Of a DNA stretch of 64,000 nucleotides, positions 20,910-29,871 are shown one piece after another. A program made the translations under genes and the position numbers. The stretch comes from Anaerolineales bacterium (lineage in GTDB: Bacteria; Chloroflexota; Anaerolineae; Anaerolineales; E44-bin32): positions 19,834 through 83,833 of the forward strand of contig DAOUEE010000200.1 in NCBI GenBank assembly GCA_034430695.1, in the 5' to 3' direction. Each line of letters starts with the position of its first letter. Position 1 is the stretch's first letter. Under the pieces are notes generated by a model. The model did not search any database, was not told the origin of the DNA, and saw only the letters and a list, made by a program, of their open reading frames with translations.

Positions 20910-22610
20910 TTAAGGTTCGTCCGTGATCGTTATTTGCGTGCCAAGGTTGCGGCGTGCGATGAGATGCCAGTTTTCGATGCTGTTGAACCGGTCACTGGGA
21001 TCGAACAGCGGTCCGATACTCACGCCTTGTATTTGAACGTCGATGGCATAGTTGTAGACATCGTAATAAAGCAGCAGGGAAGGGGCTTGATCCTGGAATC
21101 GATATTGAAAGCTGCGGTACAACTCTGCGCGGCGAGAGAAATCCGGCGTGATGCGCGCCTGTTCGAGCCAGATGCTGATGTTACGGTCGCTGAAACCGCT
21201 GTAATTCTGGCCGGTCTCGACCTGTGAATCGTGCCAGAAAGGATAGGGATCGGGATCGGGGTAGCGCATCAGGTTGATGTGGGTAAGCGCCGCTTCATAT
21301 TCACGCGGTTCGAGGTAAGAGGAGATCATGGTCTCAGAGTCGACCCCGCGAAGTTCGACGCGAATTCCAATCGCCTCCCAACTTTCTTTGATCGTCTCGG
21401 CGATAACACTATCCAGGGGATTCTCTTCATACAGCAGGGTCAGGCTCAAAGGCTCTTCTTCTTTACTGCGTTGATACTCGGGTGAGCCCGGGGATGCGCC
21501 TGCGGGTAATACCCAGCCCAACGACTCCAGGATGTTCGCGGCGCGTTGTGGATCGAATTGAACCGGCTGGAGGTTTTCCGCAAAGGACCACGTGCCCGGA
21601 AGTACAGGGCCGATGGGAATCAATCCCTGCCCGGAAAGCGCTTTGTCGATGATCCACTGCCGGTTGATGGCGAACTGCAATGCCTGCCGGAATTGCTTGT
21701 TGGCGAGGAACTCCTTTCCGGGGTTCTGCGTGTTCAGAAAGATGATGCCCAGATTGGGCAGTCTTGCCGTGTGCAGGTTGAGTTCCGGAGAGGCGAGAAT
21801 CTGTGGGAGGATGTCCTCGTCGACGTTGGCGATTCCCTGAACTTCTCCATCGAGGAACGCGGTGAGAGATGCCGTGGAATCGATATAGGTGCGGAATTCG
21901 ACGCGTTCGAGGTAGGGGCGTTGAGAGAAATACTCATCGAATGCCACGAGACTGACGCCGGTGATCTGCTCGTCTTGAACCAGGAAGCGATCGAAGCGAA
22001 ACGGCCCCGTTCCAATCGGCTGAAGGTTGAAAGGGTGGTCGATTAAGTCTGTCGCGGATACGCCGCGAAGCAGATGGTCGGGCAGGAGACCGACGCTCAG
22101 ATAATCCAGGAACGGCGCAAAGGGTTCGGGAAGTTGGAATTGCACCCGGCGATCGTCGAGGCGGATGATGTTGACCTGCTTCCAAAGGTCGTGTAAATCT
22201 TGTGGCCCCGGGTAGTCTTCGTCTTGGAATTTGGAAAATGTATAAATCACGTCGTCGGCCGTAACGGGCTCGCCGTCGTGCCACACGGCATTCTCGCGAA
22301 TCGTGATTGTGTAGAGCGTCGCATCCGCCGTTACCGTCCATTGGGCGAGGTCCGGTACGGGGATCCCGCGATCGTCGAAACGGATCAAGCCGCTGAAGAT
22401 AAGCCGATCGATGTCGCGGTCGACTTGATTGTAGACATCCAGGATCGGGTTGAGGCGCTGTATTTGACCGACGAGCGCTTCGATATACACGCCGCCAACA
22501 GCGGGTTGGGAGGAAATGATTTCGGTGTCTGGCGATTGTCCGACGAGCAATCCTATCACGAGGATTAAACCGCCGACCGCGATCAATAGTTGCCAGCGTA
22601 CATTTCGCAT
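20910..22610 (-). CDS. ABC transporter substrate-binding protein, family 5 (peptide/nickel type), with no transporter partners adjacent
   Basis: N-terminal signal/anchor helix and an OppA/DppA-like length and pattern (GTGPF.F, W.DG.P.TA.DV). Confidence 0.85.
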   Translation of the reverse strand: MRNVRWQLLIAVGGLILVIGLLVGQSPDTEIISSQPAVGGVYIEALVGQIQRLNPILDVYNQVDRDIDRLIFSGLIRFDDRGIPVPDLAQWTVTADATLYTITIRENAVWHDGEPVTADDVIYTFSKFQDEDYPGPQDLHDLWKQVNIIRLDDRRVQFQLPEPFAPFLDYLSVGLLPDHLLRGVSATDLIDHPFNLQPIGTGPFRFDRFLVQDEQITGVSLVAFDEYFSQRPYLERVEFRTYIDSTASLTAFLDGEVQGIANVDEDILPQILASPELNLHTARLPNLGIIFLNTQNPGKEFLANKQFRQALQFAINRQWIIDKALSGQGLIPIGPVLPGTWSFAENLQPVQFDPQRAANILESLGWVLPAGASPGSPEYQRSKEEEPLSLTLLYEENPLDSVIAETIKESWEAIGIRVELRGVDSETMISSYLEPREYEAALTHINLMRYPDPDPYPFWHDSQVETGQNYSGFSDRNISIWLEQARITPDFSRRAELYRSFQYRFQDQAPSLLLYYDVYNYAIDVQIQGVSIGPLFDPSDRFNSIENWHLIARRNLGTQITITDEP

Positions 22611-22653
22611 GCTTGACTTAAACCTTGTTGGCTGTCCGGGTTTGGCGGAGTTG

Positions 22654-22887
22654 TTAGCCCACCAGGATTACGGTAATGATTGCAAGCAGGAAGAAGACGA
22701 CGCTCATACCGATGGTGACGTTGAACAACAAGCGTTCAACGCCTCGGCGAGCATAGAAACTGGAACCCCCACTCATATCGGCTCCACCGCCAAGGCCGCC
22801 GAGACCCGCTCCTCGGCTTTGAAGAATGATGACGATGATTAAAGCGATGGACACGACGACCATTGCGAGATTGAGAAACGTCTCCAC
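22654..22887 (-). CDS. secG: preprotein translocase subunit SecG
   Basis: 77 aa with two TM helices separated by a Gly-rich loop (QSRGAGLGGLGGG). Confidence 0.85.
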   Translation of the reverse strand: METFLNLAMVVVSIALIIVIILQSRGAGLGGLGGGADMSGGSSFYARRGVERLLFNVTIGMSVVFFLLAIITVILVG

Positions 22888-22956
22888 GCGCGATACCTCC
22901 TTGGAAGAATAGCGGCCGGATTATAGCAGATGGCTATCGGGTCGACAAGGTGTCAG

Positions 22957-24049
22957 TTAATTCGATTGCCCGATCGACGCTTTCAGATAGGTGTCGATGA
23001 AACCATCGAGATCGCCATCGAGCACAGCCGACGGATTGCCGACCTCGTAGTCGGTGCGATGGTCTTTTACCATTTGATAGGGATGCAGTATGTAGGAACG
23101 AATCTGGCTTCCCCATTCTGCCTTGACGTAATCGCCGCGTATCTCAGCGATTTCTTCTTCTTGCTGCCGTTGTTTCAGATCCATGAGTCTTGCACGCAGC
23201 ACCCGCATGGCGTTCTCCTTGTTCTGCACCTGCGAGCGTTCGTTTTGGCAGGTCACCACGATGCCGGTGGGGAGATGCGTGATTCGAATTGCGGTTTCAT
23301 TCTTCTGTACGTTTTGTCCACCCGCGCCGGCGGAACGATAGGTGTCGATGCGCAGATCGTTCGGATCGATTACGATATCGTCCTCGGCTTCGACTTGCGG
23401 GAGCACCTCCACCAGGGCAAAGGACGTATGTCTGCGGTGCGAGGAATCAAAGGGCGAGATACGCACGAGGCGGTGGACTCCCTTCTCGGAACGCAGGTAG
23501 CCGTAAGCATATTCGCCGTCGATCGTCAGCGTGGCGCTCTTGATTCCCGCTTCCTCTCCATCACTCTGGTCGATGATATCGACGTCGAAGCCGTGGCGTT
23601 CCGACCAGCGCAGGTACATGCGCAGGAGCATTTGCGCCCAATCTTGAGAATCCGTTCCTCCGGCTCCGGCGTGGATGGCGAGAATGGCGCTGTCTCGATC
23701 GTAGGGTCCGGACAACTGTGCCTGCGTCTCTTTGCGTTCGAGTTCCTGCAGCAGTTCGTCGCGTTCCTGTTCGATGTCCGCACGTAGATCTTCATCCCCC
23801 AGCGAGGCGAGCTCGAGGGCGTCCCTGGCGCGCTGTTGGAACGCCTGCCAGTCGTCCACGTAGTCGCGGAGCTGCGCGGTCTTCTTCATGATCTTTTGCG
23901 CGTGTTCCGGGTTGTCCCAGAGCGAGGGGTCTTCAGCAGCCCGCTCGAGTTTCGCTAATTCTTCTTCGCGTGCTGCGAAGTCAAAGACGCACCATTAATT
24001 CTTGAATTCGCTGCTGAATGTCTTCGAGTTCTGATTTCAAATCATCCAT
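22957..24049 (-). CDS. prfB: peptide chain release factor 2, requiring a programmed +1 frameshift
   Basis: ORF0 MDDLKSELEDIQQRIQELMVRL ends at CTT TGA C (23986-23980). The +1 frame continues DFAAREEELAKLERAAEDPSLWDNPEHAQKIMKK... into ORF 22957..23889. SPF (RISPFDS) and GGQ (AGAGGQNVQK) motifs are present. Confidence 0.93.
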
Positions 24050-24139
24050 CGGTCAAGTATCCTCTTCTGGCATTATGCCATGTCTGTCCAGAGTCGAACA
24101 GTGCTCGAATTGTGTGAAGCGCACCCGGATACGACGTTC

Positions 24140-25045
24140 TCATTCGGGCAGTATGCTGTCGATGAATGCGTCGCAGTCGAAACGTTCGAGCGCTTGCACA
24201 TACTCTCCGGTACCCACGTATTGGATCGGCAGTCCGATTTTACTCGAAACGGCAAAGGCGACGCCGCCTTTGGCGGAATTATCCAATTTCGCCAGGATCA
24301 ACGCCGTCAAGTCGACCGCAGCGGAAAACGCCTTCGCCTGCGATAATCCGTTCTGACCCGTCGTGGCGTCGAGTACGAGCAGCGTCTCGTGAGGTCCTCG
24401 CGGGACCACTTTTCCGGCGACGCGCTGGATCTTCTTCAACTCCTGCATCAGGTTGTGCTCCGTGTGCATCCTGCCCGAAGTGTCGACGATGACCACGTCC
24501 ACACCACGCGAACTCGCGGCGCTGCAGGCGTCGAAAACGACGGCGCCGGGATCGCTGCCGGGCTGCCCACAGATGACGTCGACGTTCAAGCGCCGTCCCC
24601 ACACCTGGAGCTGCTCGCTCGCAGCGGCCCGGTAGGTGTCGGCGGCGGCGAGCAGGACGGAACGACCGCGCGCCAGCCAGCGGTGTGCGATCTTCGCCGC
24701 GCAGGTCGTTTTCCCTGACCCGTTTACGCCCACGAGCATGATGACGTGAGGGTTTCCCAGAAGGTCTTCGCTGGGAACCGGTTTCAGTTGTGCCCGTAAT
24801 GCGCTTCGAAGACGGTCTTCGACCTGAGCGCCTTTCGTCAGACCCTCTTTGCGGCTCGCTTTTTTCAGGTCGTCCAGCAGCATCGTTGTCGTTTCGACGC
24901 CCACGTCCGCACGCAGGAGCATCTCCTCCAGCAGCTCCCAGAACGCGTCGTCCAGTTCGCTCGTCCCGAACAACGCCGCCAGACGGCCCAGGGCGGTCTG
25001 ACGGGTCTTCTGCAGGGTTTGGCGCCAGGTCTTGGTTTCTTCCAT
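24140..25045 (-). CDS. ftsY: signal recognition particle receptor FtsY
   Basis: NG domain with GVNGSGKTT, DTSGR and AKLD motifs. Short form without a long acidic N-domain. Confidence 0.93.
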   Translation of the reverse strand: MEETKTWRQTLQKTRQTALGRLAALFGTSELDDAFWELLEEMLLRADVGVETTTMLLDDLKKASRKEGLTKGAQVEDRLRSALRAQLKPVPSEDLLGNPHVIMLVGVNGSGKTTCAAKIAHRWLARGRSVLLAAADTYRAAASEQLQVWGRRLNVDVICGQPGSDPGAVVFDACSAASSRGVDVVIVDTSGRMHTEHNLMQELKKIQRVAGKVVPRGPHETLLVLDATTGQNGLSQAKAFSAAVDLTALILAKLDNSAKGGVAFAVSSKIGLPIQYVGTGEYVQALERFDCDAFIDSILPE

Positions 25046-25232
25046 CCGCTCATTATACCAACGACGCCTGAGCGGGTTGGAGGGGCGTTTTTCCGGTTGG
25101 GGATTTCGCGAGGATATTTTCGGACGTCCTGGACGCCGTATCTCTTCGCATAGCCATATACGTCGCTCGGTATTCTAGGATGAAAAATGCCCGTGATCCG
25201 GGATGAACCTCTCGCTCACGGGCATCTTAAGG

Positions 25233-25303
25233 CTGGGGGTCGAGGATTCGAACCTCGGCTGACGGATTCAGAGTCCGCTGTCCTACCACTAGACGAACCC
25301 CCA
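25233..25303 (-). tRNA. tRNA-Gln (anticodon CUG)
   Basis: The cloverleaf folds by hand. Acceptor TGGGGGT/ACCCCCA, D-stem GTCT/GGAC, anticodon stem GCGGA/TCCGT with loop CTCTGAA, T-arm CGAGG-TTCGAAT-CCTCG, discriminator G. CCA is not encoded. Confidence 0.9.
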
Positions 25304-25384
25304 AAGCAAATGGCATTTTACCATAGGCGTTTTGGCTGGTCTACGCATGCTCGAGATTAACGCGCAGGAGCAGGGCGGTAAAGA

Positions 25385-26860
25385 TTATGCTATTGACTCC
25401 AGCAGGGCCACAGCCTTCCGGATGCGCTTGATCACCTTCTCTTTGCCGATGATGGCCATACTCTCGATGAGCGGTGGGCTCACTTTTTGCCCTGTGACGG
25501 CGATGCGCAGAATGCCGAACAACTGCCCGACCTTCAAACCCAACGAATCCGCCAGGGCGCGCAGCTTTTCTTCCAGCCGTTCGACTTCGAACGACGTTAT
25601 CGCCTCGATCGTCTCGAGTGCCGCCTGCGCCGCTTCCGCCGATTGGGCGGCGTCCATCTTTTTACCGACCAGCTCCTGCGCTTCGACCTCCACGTTTTCG
25701 TGAAAGAAGAATCCCGCCATGGGGATCGCTTCGTCCAGCGTGCGGATTCGCTCCTGGATGATCGCGGCGATCGCCTGAAGACGGTCTTCGTCGACCTCGT
25801 ACCCTTCCGCTTCGAAGTAGGGACGAATTCGTTCGCTCAGCTCTGCGGTGGGCAGAGCGCGGATGTGCAGGCCGTTGAAATGGTCGAGTTTACCGTAATT
25901 CACGGCGGCCGGGCTGGGGTTGAGTTTCTCCAGGCTGAATTTCTCGATTAAATCCTGCATGCTGAAATATTCCGTGTGATCGTCGTACGACCAGCCCATG
26001 AGCGCGATCCAGTTGACCAGCGCTTCCGGGAGGTACCCCTCGTCGCGCAGTTCGGAGACGTAGATCCCCTTCACGCCGGCCTGGCGCTTGCTCATCTTTC
26101 CCTTTCCGCTGGGATTGAGGAAAACGGAAAGGTGCACCCAAACCGGCTGTTCCCATCCGAAGGCTTGATAGACCATCACGTGCAGGGGAAACGTGGGCAG
26201 CCACTCCGATCCGCGGAAGACGTGGGTGATGCCCATCAAGTGGTCGTCGACCATCGCCGCCAGGTGATAGACCGGCAGGCCGTCCGATTTGAGCAGGATG
26301 TAATCATCCAGGCTGGCGTTTTCGACGCTGATTTCGCCGCGCAGGAAATCGACCGCCGTGGTCGTTCCTTCCAGCGGCGTCTTGAAGCGCACGACGTGCG
26401 ATTCGCCTGTTTCGACTCTGGACTCGGCTTCTTCAAGACTCAATTGGCGGCAGAGACGGTCGTAACGCGGAGGCTCCTTACGGGACTGCTGTTCCTGGCG
26501 GACTTGCGCCAGGCGTTTCGGGGAGCAGAAGCAGTAGTAGGCATGCCCGCTGCGGATGAGTTCTTCGGCGTGAGTCTTATAGATGTCCGTCCGTTCGGAT
26601 TGGCGGTAGGGCGCATTGGGTCCACCCACGTCGGGCCCCTCGTCCCATCGAATCCCAAGCCAGTGGAGTGATTCCACCATTTCCTCTTCCGCTTGGGGAT
26701 CGAACCGTTTGCGGTCGGTGTCCTCGATGCGCAGGATGAACTGGCCTCGTTGCTGCCGGGCGAGCAGGTAGTTGTAGAGTGCCGTGCGGCCGCCGCCGAG
26801 GTGAAAGTGTCCCGTCGGCGAAGGCGCAAAACGGACACGAACGGGTTTTGAAGATGTCAT
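25385..26860 (-). CDS. gltX: glutamate--tRNA ligase
   Basis: HIGH-type motif PSPTGHFHLGG and KMSKR. Confidence 0.93.
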   Translation of the reverse strand: MTSSKPVRVRFAPSPTGHFHLGGGRTALYNYLLARQQRGQFILRIEDTDRKRFDPQAEEEMVESLHWLGIRWDEGPDVGGPNAPYRQSERTDIYKTHAEELIRSGHAYYCFCSPKRLAQVRQEQQSRKEPPRYDRLCRQLSLEEAESRVETGESHVVRFKTPLEGTTTAVDFLRGEISVENASLDDYILLKSDGLPVYHLAAMVDDHLMGITHVFRGSEWLPTFPLHVMVYQAFGWEQPVWVHLSVFLNPSGKGKMSKRQAGVKGIYVSELRDEGYLPEALVNWIALMGWSYDDHTEYFSMQDLIEKFSLEKLNPSPAAVNYGKLDHFNGLHIRALPTAELSERIRPYFEAEGYEVDEDRLQAIAAIIQERIRTLDEAIPMAGFFFHENVEVEAQELVGKKMDAAQSAEAAQAALETIEAITSFEVERLEEKLRALADSLGLKVGQLFGILRIAVTGQKVSPPLIESMAIIGKEKVIKRIRKAVALLESIA

Positions 26861-26885
26861 GTACCTTCCCTGATGAATGCTGAAA

Positions 26886-27986
26886 TTAGAGCTCGATTTT
26901 CTTGTGGCGCAGGATCACGCTCTCCACGAGCCCGATGCCCAGGAGGCTCGTCAGCAGTGAGGATCCACCGTAGCTGAAGAACGGCAGTGGGAGGCCGGAT
27001 ACGGGGAAAATATTCAAATTCACACCGATGTTGAAAGCGCCCTGGAAGAATAGAAGGATCGCTATGCCGTAACAGATCAAGGCGCCGAACGTGTCGCGGG
27101 CCATGTGCGCCGCGCGCAGGCAGCGAAAGATGATGAACATGAACAGCAGCAGGAAGACCACCGCGCCGACGAAGCCGAATTCCTCCGACATGGCGGAAAA
27201 GATGAAATCCGTATGCCGGACCTTCAAGAAACGCAGTTGAACCTGGGTACCGTTGCCGTACCCTTTGCCGGAAAAGCCGCCGGAACCGATGGCGATGCGG
27301 GCCTGATTCACGTTGTAGGTCGCGCCGTAATTCGCTTCCGGATCGGGGAAGAGAAACGTGACTACGCGAGCTTGCTGGTAGGGCTGGAGCATGGGCCAGG
27401 CGAGAATCGGCAGGAGCAAAACGATCGTAACCAGTATGGCGATGTGCCGGTACCGCATCCCGCCGGCCCAGATCAACGCTGCCCAAATAACGCCGAGGAC
27501 GATGGCGGTGCTCAAATCCGGTTGAATGAACACGAGCAGTGCAGGCAATCCGACCAGAGCCAGGCTGCGCACGATCGTGCCGACTTGATCGAGTTTGTCT
27601 TGGTTGCGGGCGATGAAGCTGGCCAGCACCAGGATCATGAAAATCTTGGCCAATTCGGAGGGCTGCACGGTTGTCGTGCCGACTCGGAACCAGCGAGCGG
27701 ATCCGAATCCGACGACGCCGGCCGCAGCGATCAACCCAAGCAGCGCGATCGTGAGGATGTATATCGGGCGGGCGAGCGTCGACCAGAAACGGTAATCGAT
27801 CGCCGCGGTCAAAAGGACCACGACGAAACCGACGGTAGCGAAAAGCGTCTGGCGCGAGGGGCTGTCTGCCAATTCCTGATTTCGGGCGATCGCCGAACTG
27901 ATCATGGCGATACCGGCGATCGTGAGCACCGCGACCGCGGCAAGAAGCCAAACATCAAAATGTCGCCAAATACGGGTTTGACGCAT
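26886..27986 (-). CDS. rodA: SEDS-family peptidoglycan polymerase RodA (FtsW/RodA/SpoVE family)
   Basis: About 10 TM helices and a SEDS-like pattern. Called RodA from its context beside mrdA/mreBCD. Confidence 0.85.
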   Translation of the reverse strand: MRQTRIWRHFDVWLLAAVAVLTIAGIAMISSAIARNQELADSPSRQTLFATVGFVVVLLTAAIDYRFWSTLARPIYILTIALLGLIAAAGVVGFGSARWFRVGTTTVQPSELAKIFMILVLASFIARNQDKLDQVGTIVRSLALVGLPALLVFIQPDLSTAIVLGVIWAALIWAGGMRYRHIAILVTIVLLLPILAWPMLQPYQQARVVTFLFPDPEANYGATYNVNQARIAIGSGGFSGKGYGNGTQVQLRFLKVRHTDFIFSAMSEEFGFVGAVVFLLLFMFIIFRCLRAAHMARDTFGALICYGIAILLFFQGAFNIGVNLNIFPVSGLPLPFFSYGGSSLLTSLLGIGLVESVILRHKKIEL

Positions 27987-27989
27987 ACC

Positions 27990-28262
27990 TTATCTTGACC
28001 TTCCGCGTCGAGAAGGAGCAGGGGTTAAGGGGATGTCTGCGACGAGGCGTTGCTGTTCCCGGTCGCGCGTGAGGGTTACGCGGACCAAATGTTTATCAAT
28101 CTCGACGTGTCTGGATATCACATCGATGAGTTCGTCCTTGAGTGCTTCCAATCGATTCGGCGAGAGTCCCGCTCTGTCGTGCACGAGAACGAGTTTGAGG
28201 CGTTCCTTGGCAGTCTGCGCACTGCTGCGTCGTCCGAATCGCAATTGGTTTCTGAGGCTCAT
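27990..28262 (-). CDS. minE: cell division topological specificity factor MinE
   Basis: 90 aa with a TAKERLKLVLVHDR-type MinE motif. Overlaps the minD stop by 4 nt. Confidence 0.85.
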   Translation of the reverse strand: MSLRNQLRFGRRSSAQTAKERLKLVLVHDRAGLSPNRLEALKDELIDVISRHVEIDKHLVRVTLTRDREQQRLVADIPLTPAPSRRGRSR

Positions 28263-29065
28263 CCTTCGCCTCCCGATTTAACGAGGCGGGATAAGCGTCC
28301 AAAGAAACCATCCTGCTCCTCCAACGCCTCGAATGGAACGTTCTCACCGTTCAAGCGCCGTGCGATGTTGCGAAATGCTCCGCCGGCTTTGCTGCGCGGA
28401 TCCAGCACCACCGCCAGACCCTTGTTGGCGGCGACGATGACCGACTCGTCGTCCGGTACGACTCCCACCAATTCGATGGCCAGGACGTCGAGAACGTCAT
28501 CCGTGCCCAACATATCGCCGCGCTTGATCATCTCAGGCTTGACCCGATTGATGATCAGCCTGCCCGGCCCTTTGTCTTCCGCCTCGACCAGGCCAATAAT
28601 GCGGTCGGCGTCACGCACGGCGGAAACCTCAGGGTTGGTGATGATCACCACGATGTCCGCCGGGGCGATGGCGTTTCGAAAACCGCGTTCGATACCGGCC
28701 GGTGAGTCGATCAATATCCAGTCGTAATCCGCGCGCAGTTCATCCGTCAGGCGGATCATGTCCTGGGGTGAAACCGCAGTTTTATCCCGGGTTTGAGCGG
28801 CGGGTATGAGATAGAACTCCTCGAGGCGTTTATCCCGGATCATCGCCTGGCGGAGCTTGCAGCGGCCCTCGACGACGTCAACCAGGTCGTAGACGATGCG
28901 GTTTTCGAGTCCCATGACGACATCCAGATTTCGCAGTCCAATGTCGGCATCGATGCAAACTACGCTCAATCCCATTTCGGCCAAGGCAGCGCCGATGTTT
29001 GCGGTGGCGGTCGTTTTACCAACGCCGCCTTTTCCGGAAGTGATTGTTGCTATCTTACCGCTCAT
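28259..29065 (-). CDS. minD: septum site-determining ATPase MinD
   Basis: Deviant Walker A SGKGGVGKTT and a C-terminal amphipathic helix. Confidence 0.95.
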   Translation of the reverse strand: MSGKIATITSGKGGVGKTTATANIGAALAEMGLSVVCIDADIGLRNLDVVMGLENRIVYDLVDVVEGRCKLRQAMIRDKRLEEFYLIPAAQTRDKTAVSPQDMIRLTDELRADYDWILIDSPAGIERGFRNAIAPADIVVIITNPEVSAVRDADRIIGLVEAEDKGPGRLIINRVKPEMIKRGDMLGTDDVLDVLAIELVGVVPDDESVIVAANKGLAVVLDPRSKAGGAFRNIARRLNGENVPFEALEEQDGFFGRLSRLVKSGGEG

Positions 29066-29098
29066 ACACCAACTCCGTGTTCAATTTGCCGAAAATGG

Positions 29099-29776
29099 TC
29101 ATCTCGCTTGCCAGGGCTCGGCGACCAATTGTCCTTCTCGAATACAGGCGATCTCCGGCATTGTTTTCGACCTACGGCCGGGGGAGACGGCGATCTGTCC
29201 CGCGATACGCAGTTGTGTCGGTGAAAGATCGAGCGCACAAACCGTGGCGCTTTCGTCTCCGCTGGCGCCGGCATGAACCGTGCCACGCAGCCGTCCCCAT
29301 ACGATCACGTGCCCGCCGGCGACGATCTCCGCACCTGGATTGACGTCGCCCAGTACGACGACGTGGCCGGCGTAGCGGATATTATGCCCGGAACGCAGCG
29401 TTCGTTCTACGAGCACCGCTTCTTCGCCTTGCAATCGTGATTCGAGTGGAAGTTCGTCATCCCTCTCGGTGTGTGATGGCTTGGATAACTCCAATTCCAG
29501 GCCAAGATCGGCGGCAGCGCCCCGGGTCGCAGCGGAAGTCGTTAGAATCGCCCAGAGGGTAATTTCCTCCTCCGCAAGCACGTCGCGCAAACGACCGAGT
29601 TCTGCAGCACTCAGTTCCCGGTCTTCAATTTGAAGGGCAAGACGAGCACCGCGAAAGAAATCCGCTTGTTCTTGAACGGTCTCGAGCAAATTCGGCAGCA
29701 CCTCTACCCAATCACCCTCAGGAACGGTGATCAGAAGACCATCCCGGACCCCTTTAATCGCCAGCGGTGTGTTCAT
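29099..29776 (-). CDS. minC: septum site-determining protein MinC
   Basis: C-terminal beta-helix pattern (GDVNPGAEIVAGGHVIVWGRLRGTVHAG). Position upstream of minDE. Confidence 0.8.
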   Translation of the reverse strand: MNTPLAIKGVRDGLLITVPEGDWVEVLPNLLETVQEQADFFRGARLALQIEDRELSAAELGRLRDVLAEEEITLWAILTTSAATRGAAADLGLELELSKPSHTERDDELPLESRLQGEEAVLVERTLRSGHNIRYAGHVVVLGDVNPGAEIVAGGHVIVWGRLRGTVHAGASGDESATVCALDLSPTQLRIAGQIAVSPGRRSKTMPEIACIREGQLVAEPWQAR

Positions 29777-29871
29777 AGCCCGTTCGATTGGCGATTATAG
29801 CACGCGTTCGGAACGAATGCGACAGGCGGAACGCTGTGGACGCGCACCAGGTGGGCAAACCTCGGCAAATG

